64,000 nt of DNA, taken from contig CAZALK010000002.1 in the NCBI GenBank assembly GCA_964486045.1, positions 96,001 through 160,000 on the forward strand, in the 5' to 3' direction. The notes under the pieces are model-generated. The model ran no database searches and had not been told where the DNA came from. It worked only from the letters and a program-made list of their open reading frames with translations. Position numbers and translations under genes: made by a program. The DNA comes from an uncultured archaeon (GTDB taxonomy: Archaea > Asgardarchaeota > Lokiarchaeia > Sigyniarchaeales > SOKP01). Of the stretch, positions 10,040 to 21,783 are shown one piece after another (within the stretch, counting starts at the first letter, position 1; each line of letters begins with the position of its first letter).

Positions 10040-10666
10040 ATGATTGATAAATGGTTGTCTAAAACCAAATTTAGAGAGAAATTCGAGAGTTTGGTAGCAA
10101 AAACGTTTATGGGAAAAATAACGGCAAATCAACTTACTATTTTTGGTTTAATCACAGGTCTTTTAAGTGCTTTGTCCATATTTTTAAGTGGTGTATTTCA
10201 AAGTTTATTATTTATAATTATTTCAGCTATTTTAATGGGAATCTCGTTTATTATTGATACGTTAGATGGTCCAATTGCAAGACATGGAGGAACTACTTTG
10301 TTTGGGGGAATATTAGATATTTTTTGTGATCGTACTGTAGAAGTCTTTATTCTAATTGCTTTAATTTCGACGAGTCCATTAGTTTTAATGTGGCCAGGAT
10401 TATTTTCATTAGGTTCAATCATATTATGTATTTCAATGTTCTTAATAGTAGGTGGTCTAATGAAAACAGAAGAAATAGATGATTCAAAAAAAGTAATATA
10501 CTACAGAGGTAGCCTCATAGAAAGATCTGAAACCTTTATATTTTTGTTACTTTTGAATATATTAATTCCATGGAGAAGTATTATATTATGGATTTTTTCA
10601 GCCTTAGTCTTTTTAACAGCAATGTTAAGGTTACGTGATGCTTATTCCATTTTTAAAGAAAACTAA
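10040..10666 (+). CDS. CDP-alcohol phosphatidyltransferase family protein
   Basis: DTLDGPIAR...GGILDIFCDR signature; TM helices. Confidence 0.9.
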   Translation: MIDKWLSKTKFREKFESLVAKTFMGKITANQLTIFGLITGLLSALSIFLSGVFQSLLFIIISAILMGISFIIDTLDGPIARHGGTTLFGGILDIFCDRTVEVFILIALISTSPLVLMWPGLFSLGSIILCISMFLIVGGLMKTEEIDDSKKVIYYRGSLIERSETFIFLLLLNILIPWRSIILWIFSALVFLTAMLRLRDAYSIFKEN

Positions 10667-10732
10667 ATTTAGCGATTGAATAAACAATTTATTATAAAAA
10701 TATTTTAAAACTAAAAAAATCTAATAACTAAT

Positions 10733-12043
10733 ATGAACTCTGAAACTCAATCTTCGTCAAATGAAATATTAAAAACTATTCGAAAAGAAAATGAAGGGAA
10801 GTCTGGAATAATTTGTCTAAATTGTTTATTGGTACGGACGAGGTTTAAGGAGATTTATGCTTACATGAAAAAAAACAATATCTCAGACCCAGAAGATGAC
10901 ACATTAACTAAATTAGAATTACTCGATCATATCAGCGTGAATTTATTTAAAAAATTTCAAAAAGATCCCAATATACAAGAAAGGCATAAAACTCCTTTAG
11001 CATTTATAGGGAATACAATCATAAATGATGAAAAATTGAGTGATTATCTAACTAGATTTGATTTTATATCAAAACAAGAGTTAATTGATATATTTGCAGA
11101 TTATTGTGCTGACTATGGCATTTCCGTTTATACTACTACAGAGATTAAAGATTTTTCTTTGGATTTATACCTAATTAAAAAAAAACCGATGCTTAGAACT
11201 GAAGCTGTCTTCGTAAGAACGGGTGAAGAGATGACTGAAGAAAACTATGAACATACTTTCTACCAAATGAGCGAAGCATCGAAAGTAGCTATATGGACGG
11301 TTTTTGTTACAACTCCAAGAGGTGTATGTAATATAGGTTTTGAAAGATTGATTTCTGATATGCAAAAGTTACGAGCATGGTTTTACGTTATCGATCCAAT
11401 CCATAGGAAAATTCTAGGAATCTTTAAAGGCAAAAAATCAAAAAACCAAGATTTAAGAATCAGAGATGATTACATCCAAAAATTACCGCACGAACCAATT
11501 CGAGCTCCATCTCGATTAACTAAAATTTCTAAATATTACTTTAAGGAAGGTGAAGCGTATAATTCTAAATCCTATGTTATGTTCGAACTACTTTCCAAGG
11601 AAGTATTACTCACTGAAGAACATTCCATAGTAGTTACACCAAAATTTAAAGATATCTTCAGAAGCCTTTTAATTATAGACCCTATATCAGGGATCAGCAT
11701 GGTTTCACATTCAAGCGAGGATTATCCAGTTGATAAAGAATTAGTATCGGGATTTTTGTCAGCAATGGACTCTTTCGTCTCAGAAATTGGTGGTACTTCT
11801 TCTATGAAGGAAATTAGTTATAAAGGCTTGTATATACATGCAGCATATGGTCAATACGTAAAGCTTGCTCTATTTTTATCCAAACCGGCTCACCAAAGCT
11901 TAAAGGAAAGGTTAATCTTTTTTTTAAATCATTTTGAAAAACATTACCACGACCAAGTAACAGCATTTAAAAAAACAGCAAACATCTCTGTTTTTGACCA
12001 TCAAAAGATATCTTCAATCATAAAAGAGATACTGAGTATTTAG
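10733..12043 (+). CDS. Hypothetical protein with a C-terminal longin-like domain
   Basis: C-terminal LLIID..SGI..DKELVSGFLSAMDSFVSEI..MKEISYKG pattern typical of Asgard longin-like domains. Confidence 0.65.
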   Translation: MNSETQSSSNEILKTIRKENEGKSGIICLNCLLVRTRFKEIYAYMKKNNISDPEDDTLTKLELLDHISVNLFKKFQKDPNIQERHKTPLAFIGNTIINDEKLSDYLTRFDFISKQELIDIFADYCADYGISVYTTTEIKDFSLDLYLIKKKPMLRTEAVFVRTGEEMTEENYEHTFYQMSEASKVAIWTVFVTTPRGVCNIGFERLISDMQKLRAWFYVIDPIHRKILGIFKGKKSKNQDLRIRDDYIQKLPHEPIRAPSRLTKISKYYFKEGEAYNSKSYVMFELLSKEVLLTEEHSIVVTPKFKDIFRSLLIIDPISGISMVSHSSEDYPVDKELVSGFLSAMDSFVSEIGGTSSMKEISYKGLYIHAAYGQYVKLALFLSKPAHQSLKERLIFFLNHFEKHYHDQVTAFKKTANISVFDHQKISSIIKEILSI

Positions 12044-12165
12044 AAATATAAAGAAAACATTAGAACTAGCTTGTTTTGAAAGATACTTGACTCTCATTTT
12101 TTTTAACTTAAAACCTTAACTTATTTATACCCTAGTCTGCTTTTTTAATAATAAAGTTAAAAGAA

Positions 12166-12561
12166 GTGATAATTATTCAGACGTTAAAGAAACCAATTGG
12201 AGTTAAAAATGGAAAATTTCATCCTTGTCCAAAATCTCCTAACTGTGTATCTACTCAGAGTGAGGATAAAAAACATAGGATGGAACCATTAAGTTACACT
12301 ACCACAATAGGAGAAGTTAAAACGAAGATAAAGGATATCATAGGTTCCTTTAAAAGAACTAAGTTAATTACAGACGATGACGACTATTTACATTTTGAAT
12401 TTAGAACTGCTACTTTCAAATTTGTGGATGATGTTGAATTTTACTTTGATGATTCTGCTAAACTCGTACACTTCCGTTCTAGAGCTCGCATGGGTTATTC
12501 GGACATGGGAGTTAACAAAAAAAGAATGAAGAAAGTTAGTGTTTTATATAAAAAATCTTAA
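12166..12561 (+). CDS. DUF1499 family protein
   Basis: PCPKSPNCVSTQ, FVDDVEF and RSRARMGYSDMGVNKKR motifs. Confidence 0.85.
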   Translation: MIIIQTLKKPIGVKNGKFHPCPKSPNCVSTQSEDKKHRMEPLSYTTTIGEVKTKIKDIIGSFKRTKLITDDDDYLHFEFRTATFKFVDDVEFYFDDSAKLVHFRSRARMGYSDMGVNKKRMKKVSVLYKKS

Positions 12562-12695
12562 ATTTTTTTAATATTTTTTAATTCTGTTGCCTTTTTGGTG
12601 ATTTTGAGATGATCTGAGGTATAGCTTTAAATAAATCGTCGATACAGGTATTTAGTTAGAAAGAAGAAACATTTAATAAAGTAATAAAATTTTAT

Positions 12696-13262
12696 TTAGT
12701 CAATTTCAAATACTTCAGTGCTAACCATTTTTTGTATGTTGGTGATTCTTTTTGTTTCCTCTTTATCACTCGGATCCATCATGATTATCCTTATTAAGAT
12801 CAATCCCCTTTTGCTAAATTGAGGTGTTGGAACGACAATTTCATTCTTGTTCTTCTTATAAGGTACTCCTCGCTTTTTCAGTATGATTTCTATGCCTTGT
12901 CCGTATTTTTGTTTAGCTTCTAGGTCATTCAAAGTAAAATAACAATCTTGGTTACGACCATGGAAAGTTATAGACCAGTAAACTCCATCAGGTACCTTTG
13001 CCTGAATCCTCAATAATTTTCTGTGAACATCATAGATACAAGCAGATACCATAGCATGGGGCGTTGGGTAGGGTACAAGGCGAGATGCTGCAGAAGTTAC
13101 TGGCCCATGTAAAAAAATATTTGGCTTTCGATAACTTGGGAATTTTTTCAGCCGCTTATCCGTAAGATTGTATGTGTAAAGGGTAATACCAAGGATGTAT
13201 AACAATCTTGCGAGAATTAAAGTTATAATAAACCATATCATCATCTCAATAAAAATTATCAT
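12696..13262 (-). CDS. DUF1254-like membrane-anchored protein
   Basis: N-terminal TM; P..YWSI motif; paired with the DUF1214-like gene. Confidence 0.6.
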   Translation of the reverse strand: MIIFIEMMIWFIITLILARLLYILGITLYTYNLTDKRLKKFPSYRKPNIFLHGPVTSAASRLVPYPTPHAMVSACIYDVHRKLLRIQAKVPDGVYWSITFHGRNQDCYFTLNDLEAKQKYGQGIEIILKKRGVPYKKNKNEIVVPTPQFSKRGLILIRIIMMDPSDKEETKRITNIQKMVSTEVFEID

Positions 13263-13846
13263 GATTCTTGATCCTCTTGAATAATTATTGGTAGATTCGT
13301 AATTTCACTATTTTCAATCATAGATGATTTAGGATTATAGCACCGTAGAGTTATTCGAAAATGCCCACTCTGATCACCTAAGGGTATCCAATTACCAGGC
13401 TGTTCTTCAGTAGACAAATTGATCACCCATGATCCATCAGGTTCACGCTTTATATCAGTCCTGGAAAAAGAAAATCGATTATATTGATTAGGAATGAAAA
13501 AGCCATCTCGATTTACAGATAAACACCACCAACGTGTATTGGGATCCTCACCTTCAATCCTATATTTATATTTGTAAGTGATCTGGTTTCCTCTAGAATC
13601 TACATCAGCACCCCAGTAGATCGCTTCCTCACGATTCATACCAAAACCAGCATTTTTAGCAATCCTCACTCTATGAATTCTTAATGCTTCTTTGCTCCCC
13701 TCCCCGCGCTTATTTGTAATCCAACAACCATTCTTAATAATATCATAATCCCCAGATGTAGCACGGCGGAGTTGATACCAACCCCAAAAATAAGCTAAAC
13801 CTGCTGCGATGATTGGACTTGATATAATCAATATCAGTAGCAACAT
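13259..13846 (-). CDS. DUF1214-like membrane-anchored protein
   Basis: EEAIYW..DVDSRG, PDGSW.I and PGNWIP..TLRCYNP motifs. Confidence 0.75.
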   Translation of the reverse strand: MLLLILIISSPIIAAGLAYFWGWYQLRRATSGDYDIIKNGCWITNKRGEGSKEALRIHRVRIAKNAGFGMNREEAIYWGADVDSRGNQITYKYKYRIEGEDPNTRWWCLSVNRDGFFIPNQYNRFSFSRTDIKREPDGSWVINLSTEEQPGNWIPLGDQSGHFRITLRCYNPKSSMIENSEITNLPIIIQEDQES

Positions 13847-14095
13847 TATTTTTACTTTTAATTTCTCTCTTTTATATAGTTCTTTAATTGGGATTTATAT
13901 AGACTAATAATCATAATAAAGATTAAACCTTAATTTTATGACATTTTTTCTTATTTAATTTTTATGATTTAGTTGTTTTTTATTGACTAATCAAATATTT
14001 CTTATCTTAAAGTGATTATTTATTAATGATAAATAAAGAGAAGATTAAAATTCCTAACTTTCTCTTTTAGTAATAGCGAAATAGTAATTATTCAC

Positions 14096-14473
14096 GTGGT
14101 TTATATGAATGAAAAAAAATTAGTTTTTGTATATAATGCTGATTCAGGGATTGTTAACATAGTCAAAGATTATTGGCATAAGCTACTTAGACCTAGTACT
14201 TATCAATGTAATTTATGTGCTCAGACATTTTCTGCTTTTGGTATGAAAAGAGACTGGAAAAAATTTATCAATAAATTAGATTTTGAAGCAGAATTTTTAC
14301 ATAAAGATGAATTTGAGGAAAGATATAATGTAACTGATGCAAATTTCCCCTCAGCTTATTTAAAGAATGGCATTTCGATTGATTTATTAATAAATCATGA
14401 AGAAATGAACGGGGTTAAATCTCTAGATGAATTGGAAGCTTTATTGATAGCTAAACTAAGTTCTATTTCATAG
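14096..14473 (+). CDS. Conserved hypothetical protein (LVFVYNAD/CNLC family), tandem copy 1
   Basis: Paralog of the next ORF. Confidence 0.8.
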   Translation: MVYMNEKKLVFVYNADSGIVNIVKDYWHKLLRPSTYQCNLCAQTFSAFGMKRDWKKFINKLDFEAEFLHKDEFEERYNVTDANFPSAYLKNGISIDLLINHEEMNGVKSLDELEALLIAKLSSIS

Positions 14474-14569
14474 TTTTCTTTTTCTTTTTTCAATAATGGA
14501 ATTATTAATTAGTAATAAAATAATTTTAAATATTGAGTTAGGTAATAAATCTAAAAATCAGTGATTTAA

Positions 14570-14980
14570 GTGAATGAAATTAGTAAAGTTAAATTAATTT
14601 TCGTATACAATGCTGATGCAGGCGGATTTTTTAGTGGAATTAAAGACACTTTACATAAAACTTTTAGAAAAAGTACATACCAATGCAATCTATGTGCTGT
14701 AACCTTTGGAGCATTTGGTATGAAAAAAGAATGGAAGAATTATGTCAATAATTTAGATGCCCCTGTGGAGTTTTTTAAGAAAGATAAATTCAAGTTTGAA
14801 TTCTTACATAAAGATGAATTTGAAGAAAAATATCTTATTAAAGATGCTAAGTTTCCCTCAGCTTATATTATAAAAGAGGGTAGATTAGAGTTATTCATTA
14901 CTGAAGACGAAATGAATGTTATAAAATCAATTGAAGAATTAAAAGAGATCATCGATGAAAGGTTGCCCAAATATCTCTAA
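14570..14980 (+). CDS. Conserved hypothetical protein (LIFVYNAD/CNLC family), tandem copy 2
   Basis: Shares STYQCNLCA, FLHKDEFE and FPSAY with the previous ORF. Confidence 0.8.
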   Translation: MNEISKVKLIFVYNADAGGFFSGIKDTLHKTFRKSTYQCNLCAVTFGAFGMKKEWKNYVNNLDAPVEFFKKDKFKFEFLHKDEFEEKYLIKDAKFPSAYIIKEGRLELFITEDEMNVIKSIEELKEIIDERLPKYL

Positions 14981-15025
14981 AACTAATAAACCAGATCCAC
15001 TAAGGAACTATATTTTAATAAATAT

Positions 15026-17107
15026 TTAACTCCACTTTGATTCAAGGTATTCGAGCATTTTATCCACTTCTTGAGTTGGGGGTTTACAAGTTTTGTTTAT
15101 ACAAACATATGCAGTAGCTTTTCCATCTAAATCATCAAAAAATTGTACAAAATTAGAATAATTATCTATTTCTGGTAGTTTTTGTTCTGTTTTTCTTAGT
15201 ATAAATACTTTATTTGGAACGTACGTTTTATTAATTGCCTGAATCATTGTTATAGTGTCTTCTGCATTGGTTTCTCCACCAATCACCAACGAATAAGATG
15301 GACCAATTGCAAAGTCTAACGCGACCAAAAATTGTGTATAAGCCATGGGATTAGCTTTAATCTTTTCAGAAAATACTCTATGAAGTATGTCTGCCATTTC
15401 TTCTAATTCAATATTACCTGTAAAAAAACTTAATCTCAGCATATTTAGCATAGCAATCGAATTTCCTGATGGAATTGCACCATCATAAACTTCCTTTTGC
15501 CTGGTCAAAAGTTCTTCGCTATCAATGGCAGTGAAATAAAAACCACCAATATTATCATCCCAAAATCTTTCTATCTGCTTTTGATGTAGTTCTAACGCAG
15601 ATTTTAAGTAAATAATTTCAAATGTTGCTTCATACAATTCAATTAATCCCCAAATGAGAAAAGAATAATCAGTCAAATAACCTTGGATTTCTGAAGATCC
15701 GTCTTTATATCGATGTAATACGCCGTTATTTGAAGTATAAAGGTTCGATAAAATAAAATTAACTGCTTTTATAGCAGTATTTAAGTATATTTCATCTTGA
15801 AATGCTACAGCACCCTTTGCGAGGGCAGCAATCATTAATCCATTCCAATCGGTTAAAATTTTATCATCTTTATGAGGATGAACTCTATTTTCTCTTGACT
15901 CAAATATTTTTAACCGAATTCTTTCAAGTTTATCTTGAAGTTTTTTTTCAGGTAGATGATTTAGATGTAGTATATTTTTACCAGTTTTTTTACTTGAAGC
16001 TTCCTCTAAATAATTACCAAGTTCTTCAATATTAAGAACTGAGGTAATTAAACTATGTTCTTCCTTTTCAAGAACGTCTTCTAATTCTTTTTTAGACCAA
16101 ATATAAAATTTCCCTTCCTCTCCATCACTATCGGCATCCTCAGCGGAAAAAAATCCACCATCAGGTGAGATCATATCTCTAATAACATAAGTAAAAATCT
16201 CTTGAGCAATTTTTTTATATTCGGAATTTTTAGTCGCTTGGTAAGCTTCGATATATGCAATAGCTATCAAAGCTTGATCATAAAGCATTTTTTCAAAGTG
16301 AGGTACTAGCCAAGAAGAATCAGTTGAATATCTATGGAAACCAAACCCAATATGATCATAAATACCTCCCTTTCTCATAGCTTGAAGAGTTTTCTCCACC
16401 ATTTCCAATGCCTTTTTATCACCAGTACGTTTCCAATACCTAAGTAAAAATATTAGATTATGAGGAGTTGGGAATTTTGGACGGTTACCAAATCCCCCAT
16501 TAATTTTATCATATTGTTTTAATAGCATTTCATAAGCTTTTCTAAGAGAATGCTCATCAAATTTTTCCCCAGGTGATTCTTGATCGAGATTTTTAAGGTT
16601 TAAAGTAATTTTGTTCGCAGAATTTAATAATTCATTTCTTTGGCTATCCCATAGATTTTTAATTCGCGTAATTAATTCAATTAGCCCAATTCTACCAAAT
16701 CGAGTTTTTTTTGGAAAATATGTACCTGCAAAGAAAGGCTTCTTATCAGGGGTCATGATAATAGTAAGTGGCCACCCTCCTGAGCCAGTCATCATCTGAC
16801 AAATAGCCATATAAATTTTATCAATATCAGGGCGTTCTTCCCTATCCACTTTTATAGATATAAACATGTCGTTCATCAATTCTGCAACTTGCGGGGAGGA
16901 AAATGATTCCTCTCTCATTGTATGGCACCAATGGCAACTAGAATATCCTATTGATAAAAAAATTGGTTTATCTTCCTTTCGCGCTTTATTAAAAGCTTCT
17001 TCTCCCCATGGATACCAATCTACTGGATTTTCAGCATGTTGAAGTAAATAAGGACTTTTTTGATTCAATAAATGATTTTTGAAAGTCGTTTCTAAGTTAT
17101 TACTAAT
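15026..17107 (-). CDS. YyaL/SPATA20-like thioredoxin-domain protein (DUF255); probable ATT start
   Basis: [18 protein letters not shown] and [10 protein letters not shown] motifs. The conserved N-terminus extends upstream of the TTG to ATT 17107, which follows GAGGTGA. Confidence 0.9.
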   Translation of the reverse strand: MSNNLETTFKNHLLNQKSPYLLQHAENPVDWYPWGEEAFNKARKEDKPIFLSIGYSSCHWCHTMREESFSSPQVAELMNDMFISIKVDREERPDIDKIYMAICQMMTGSGGWPLTIIMTPDKKPFFAGTYFPKKTRFGRIGLIELITRIKNLWDSQRNELLNSANKITLNLKNLDQESPGEKFDEHSLRKAYEMLLKQYDKINGGFGNRPKFPTPHNLIFLLRYWKRTGDKKALEMVEKTLQAMRKGGIYDHIGFGFHRYSTDSSWLVPHFEKMLYDQALIAIAYIEAYQATKNSEYKKIAQEIFTYVIRDMISPDGGFFSAEDADSDGEEGKFYIWSKKELEDVLEKEEHSLITSVLNIEELGNYLEEASSKKTGKNILHLNHLPEKKLQDKLERIRLKIFESRENRVHPHKDDKILTDWNGLMIAALAKGAVAFQDEIYLNTAIKAVNFILSNLYTSNNGVLHRYKDGSSEIQGYLTDYSFLIWGLIELYEATFEIIYLKSALELHQKQIERFWDDNIGGFYFTAIDSEELLTRQKEVYDGAIPSGNSIAMLNMLRLSFFTGNIELEEMADILHRVFSEKIKANPMAYTQFLVALDFAIGPSYSLVIGGETNAEDTITMIQAINKTYVPNKVFILRKTEQKLPEIDNYSNFVQFFDDLDGKATAYVCINKTCKPPTQEVDKMLEYLESKWS

Positions 17108-17122
17108 TTATAGTTCACCTCT

Positions 17123-17692
17123 TCATTCACTATGCTTATTGTTATAATTATTTATGAAGATGAAATCTTCGAGATTTTTTCTAGGGGGTCTTTGTTCTTC
17201 TCCTAACTTCATTTTATCAGAAAGTACGGGATTAGTATCCTTAGAATGTTTTCCAATGATAACGAGAGTAATTAATCTCATTTCTTTTGGAATTCCAAGA
17301 ATTCCTTTTGTCGCACCTTCTTTAAAACCTGCGATAGGATGGGCTACTAACCCTAGCTCCGTAGCACGTAATATTAACATTGCAGTAGCCATTCCTGTAT
17401 CAAATAAATAATAAATTCGCTTTCCAATGTTACAATCATTTTCAGGTTTGCTGAAAACCGCAATTATCATTGAAGCTTTTTCCACCCATTCATTACCTTC
17501 TGATAAGACTGTAAATAACTGTTTTAAGGTATCTTGATCATGCACAAAGACAAATCTCCATGGTTGCATATTCCCACAAGATGGAGCAATTTGAGCTACT
17601 TTTGCAAAATCATTAATTAAATCTTTTGATATTTCTATAGGATCGAGGGACCTATAAGCTCTTCTATTTTCAATTGCCTCTTTAACATTCAT
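17123..17692 (-). CDS. Nitroreductase family protein
   Basis: RRAYR, APSCGNMQPWRF and ATELGL motifs. Confidence 0.9.
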   Translation of the reverse strand: MNVKEAIENRRAYRSLDPIEISKDLINDFAKVAQIAPSCGNMQPWRFVFVHDQDTLKQLFTVLSEGNEWVEKASMIIAVFSKPENDCNIGKRIYYLFDTGMATAMLILRATELGLVAHPIAGFKEGATKGILGIPKEMRLITLVIIGKHSKDTNPVLSDKMKLGEEQRPPRKNLEDFIFINNYNNKHSE

Positions 17693-17894
17693 TATGATGT
17701 ATTGATAAAAACTTGAATTTATCAATGTTAACATTATGAGTTATTACTTTTACAAGAAATTGGTTTAAATTATTAATAATATTATTGAAGTTTGTCTTAT
17801 AATTTATTAGGTTCTTAGTTTAGAATTTAGTTATCAATTAAAAAATATATTACTATCGATTGTAATATTACTATAGAGTTTTTCAATATATAGA

Positions 17895-18840
17895 TTAAAG
17901 TGAGGTTAGATCAACCACCTTACCTGTTTTGGCAGATTTATATATACCAAAAATAGCCTTCATAGTGCCTAAGTTATCCTTACCATTACTGATGGGTTCT
18001 TTTTCATGTTGACAGCAATCAGCAAAATGTAAAATCTCGTTTATATAGGGATCTTTATTAGATAATCCTTCCATAACTGGAATAATAGGAGTGAACTTAT
18101 TTTTTAGCCCGGCATCACGGTCTTTAGCAGATATAATCACAGGAGCAAGAAATTGTTTGATATTTATCTCACCAATGGGTGGATCAGAAGAGACAGTTGC
18201 GTCTTCCCCAAAAATTATGTATCTATGGGACCACGGAGAGACCGTTGTAAACGAACTCATAACATATCCAATTGCTCCATTTTCAAAATATAGATTTGCT
18301 ATTACTCTATCTTCAGCATTATTAGAAAAAAATGGATGATTGGTCCGTGCTTTAGCAATAACTTTCTTAATATCTCTAATATAATATCGGAAAAGATCAA
18401 TGCTATGAATCGAGAGAGTTATAAGCGAGCCACCACCAGATCGAAGACCATAAAAATACCAATGAATATTATTGGGAGCATTTATAATTTTAGATCGAGG
18501 TGGAATTGAGCCCATTACATCAAAACTTTGAACATTCCATACTTCTCCTAAATCCCCATTTCTTATTATTTTGTGAACTGTTTGTGATTGAGGTAAATAC
18601 CTTAAATTCTGACCAATCATAAAGGTGACTCCCGCTTTATCAGTTTTCTTGAATATCTCTCTACAATCATCCATCTTTATAGCCATAGGTTTTTCTAAGA
18701 GAATATGCTTTCCTGCAGCAACAGCATCCAAAATTAATTGATAATGAGTATTATGGGTATTATAAATATCAACAGCGTCTATATCGGCGTTTTCTAACAG
18801 GTCTTCGGCCATATTTTCGCTAGTTATTATTGTCTGTATT
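17895..18840 (-). pseudogene. 5'-truncated Gfo/Idh/MocA oxidoreductase
   Basis: AGKHILLEKPMA and GGGSL..IHSID present. The N-terminal Rossmann GxG motif is missing, and the ORF-track N-terminus is antisense of a neighbouring fragment. Confidence 0.7.
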
Positions 18841-19125
18841 TTGATGATAGGATTATCAGCTTTTAAATTCAAGAAAGATTTAAAAAATGGAATAATAAAA
18901 AAAAAATATTCCCTAATTCCTGCTATAGTTATAATCATAAGCGTTATAACGTGGATGATTATGATGGAAATTGCCGAATTAGAAATTTACGATCTTAGTA
19001 TGTGGAAGCGCTATACACCTAATTTTGGGGTGATAGGAATGTTTTTAGGTACCTCCCTAATTATTAGCGGTTTTGTATTATTAAGAAAATCTGACCTAAG
19101 AGATATTAATTTAAGTTCTGAATAA
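18841..19125 (+). CDS. Small membrane protein or C-terminal fragment
   Basis: Two hydrophobic segments. Confidence 0.4.
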   Translation: MMIGLSAFKFKKDLKNGIIKKKYSLIPAIVIIISVITWMIMMEIAELEIYDLSMWKRYTPNFGVIGMFLGTSLIISGFVLLRKSDLRDINLSSE

Positions 19126-19177
19126 GAACATGCATGAAAAAGATTAATTTAAAATTCTCTATTCTTAGAATATCTGC

Positions 19178-19393
19178 TTATACTTTTTTAATCAGAAGAT
19201 AATTTTTAACCTCTTTATGAAAGAAAAAGTAAATTAAAATCACTGATGAAATGTATAACACAACGGTTATACTATTCAAAATATCTATTGCTAAGAAATA
19301 TCCTACAATTGATATGAAAAGGATTAAACAAACAGTTAGAATGAAGGACAAAATTGGGATTATTATATCTAATTCTGTTATATCTTTGAGCAC
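19178..19393 (-). CDS. Small two-TM membrane protein or fragment
   Basis: Hydrophobic ORF. Confidence 0.35.
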   Translation of the reverse strand: MLKDITELDIIIPILSFILTVCLILFISIVGYFLAIDILNSITVVLYISSVILIYFFFHKEVKNYLLIKKV

Positions 19394-19439
19394 ATCTATC
19401 AGATACCGGCTTATTAAGAATATTAAAGATAGTAATAAT

Positions 19440-19514
19440 GGAAGAATTTATGAGGGTACTTCAGAAATTATGAAGGTAGTTATTGCTAATCAAATTTTAA
19501 AAGGAAACATATAA
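19440..19514 (+). pseudogene. Orphan 3' end of an acyl-CoA dehydrogenase
   Basis: GRIYEGTSEIMKVVIANQIL matches the ACAD C-terminal signature IYEGTxEI. Confidence 0.75.
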
Positions 19515-19637
19515 GTTAGCATTAAGAATATTTGTGATTTTTAAACAAGCGTCTATGTCATTTTTAGAAGAACGCAAAAGATTAATTTGATTTTTAATTT
19601 TAAAAAGTATAAAAATTCAAATTTCAATATTGATAAA

Positions 19638-20996
19638 ATGTACAAATATAGTGTATCTATTCTAGGAACAGGATTTATTGGATTATGTTCCGCTGCTTGT
19701 TTTGCTCAAAAAGATATAAAAGTATTTGCATCTACACATAATCAAAAGAAAGCAGAAATGATTAATAATGCAATATCTCCTTTTTATGAGAAAGGATTAG
19801 CAGAAATGCTTACTGAGATAAAAAAAGAAAAAGCAGAGCTTCTGAAATGTTTAACTAATCCAGTTCAAGCAGTGTTAGAAACAGAAGTCTCAATGATCAC
19901 CCAAGGAACACCAATGAGACCAGATAAATCCATAAATTTAGGTTTTATAGAGAGTACAGCACGAGAAATAGGTGAAGCTATCAAAAAAAGTGATAAATAT
20001 CATTTAGTTGTAGTTAGATCTACTGTTGTTCCAGGAACTACAAGGAATTTAGTAGGTAAAACGATTACTAATGTCTCTGGTAAAGAAGCTGGTAAGGATT
20101 TTGGATTATGTATGCAACCTGAATTTTTAGCAGAGGGTAGGTCGATTGAAGATACTCTTCGACCTGATCGGATTATTATTGGTGAAATTGACGAAAGAAG
20201 TGGAGCGATGCTTCAAGAGTTATATGAATATTTTTATGGGGATCATTTAAAAAATTGTCCTATAAAGAGAATGAACCTAGAGAGCGCTGAACTAGTCAAA
20301 TACGGAAATAATTGCCTATTAGCAACAAAGATTTCTTATGCTAATGAATTTGCGAACCTTGCTGAATTAGTTCCTAATGTTGATGTAGCCCAAGTTATGG
20401 AAGGCGTAGGCTTAGATTACAGGATTAATCATAGGTTTCTTGGCGCTGGTGTAGGTTTTGGAGGTGCATGTTTTCATAAAGACGTAAATGCTATAACTAA
20501 ATGGTCAAGATCTAAAGGTTATACTTCAAAAATACTAGAAGCAGTGTTGGAGAGAAATGATCTCAGGGCTATTCGGATTGTTGATATAGCTGAAGGGCTA
20601 ATAGGAAAATTAGAAGGGAAAAAAATTACACTACTTGGCCTTTCTTTTAAACCTGGAACTGATGATATGAGAGAAGCGCCAAGTATAAGAATTATAAACG
20701 AATTATTAAGAAGAAATGTGACCGATATAGTGGGATATGATCCTAAAGCTAAAGAATCAGCAGAAGAAGCAATAGGCAGTAAAATAGAATATGCTGATTC
20801 GATTGACGAAGCGTTAAAGGATTCAGAATGTGTTCTGTTGGTTACTGAATGGGAAGAATTTAAGACATTAACACCAGATGATTTTAAGAAATGGATGAAA
20901 ACTCCTAATCTCGTAGATGGAAGAAGACTCTATGATTATGAAAAATTCAATAGCGCTTTACCATTTAGAGCAATCGGTCGTATTAATTTAGCTTAA
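19638..20996 (+). CDS. ugd: UDP-glucose/GDP-mannose dehydrogenase family protein
   Basis: GTGFIG, RSTVVPGT, PEFLAEG, GFGGACFHKD and FKPGTDDMREAP motifs. Confidence 0.9.
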   Translation: MYKYSVSILGTGFIGLCSAACFAQKDIKVFASTHNQKKAEMINNAISPFYEKGLAEMLTEIKKEKAELLKCLTNPVQAVLETEVSMITQGTPMRPDKSINLGFIESTAREIGEAIKKSDKYHLVVVRSTVVPGTTRNLVGKTITNVSGKEAGKDFGLCMQPEFLAEGRSIEDTLRPDRIIIGEIDERSGAMLQELYEYFYGDHLKNCPIKRMNLESAELVKYGNNCLLATKISYANEFANLAELVPNVDVAQVMEGVGLDYRINHRFLGAGVGFGGACFHKDVNAITKWSRSKGYTSKILEAVLERNDLRAIRIVDIAEGLIGKLEGKKITLLGLSFKPGTDDMREAPSIRIINELLRRNVTDIVGYDPKAKESAEEAIGSKIEYADSIDEALKDSECVLLVTEWEEFKTLTPDDFKKWMKTPNLVDGRRLYDYEKFNSALPFRAIGRINLA

Positions 20997-21138
20997 AACT
21001 TTAAACTTTTCTATATAATAATGTAATTTTTTTGACCATCTTTTTATCTATATAAATGGAAACATTAATTTTATAGGCAAGCTATTATATATGTATGAGT
21101 AATAGATGATAAAATATAATTGAGAGAAAAGGTAAAAA

Positions 21139-21393
21139 ATGAAAGTTTATAAAGATTCCATCGAGGAAATAAAAGAAAGTATGATTGTGGTTAAGAAAAA
21201 CTGTGAATTGTGTGGGAAAAAAGTAAAAATGTATCAGAGGAAATATGATAGACCCTATAAATTTGTTTTTATAAATATCACTCAAAACCCTCCAAAGCAT
21301 TATTTTTGTTCTAAAAAATGTAAAACCACGTGGATCTTTAAGCCAAATAAGCGCCGAAATTATAATTTAGAAGCACCTATCCCAAATCCTTAA
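21139..21393 (+). CDS. Small TRASH/YHS-like metal-binding protein
   Basis: CELCG...YFCSKKC. Confidence 0.6.
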   Translation: MKVYKDSIEEIKESMIVVKKNCELCGKKVKMYQRKYDRPYKFVFINITQNPPKHYFCSKKCKTTWIFKPNKRRNYNLEAPIPNP

Positions 21394-21783
21394 GTTTAAG
21401 AATAGTACCTAAATTATAAAACAGTAATTAGAATTTAGAAATATAATATCTAATCTCTCTTGATATATTTGTTCCTTTTTATAAATTTAACCAACTTTTA
21501 ATTTACCTTTAACTTTTTTTATTGAAAGATTTTTAAATATAAACTTTTTCAGGTCTAAAGATTTAAATATGAAATACCTACTCTAAATTTGAACTGTTTC
21601 ATTACAAATGTACTTCTCAAAAAAATTTTTGAAATATTCTCGAAACCACAATTCAATTTAATTATGGCCTTCAAATATAATATTCATTGTTAAAATTGAT
21701 TTAATTGAAAAATTAGAAGTTAAAGTAGTTATAAGATACGGGGAGGAATTATACCTAACGATAACAAGATATATAATTTATTT

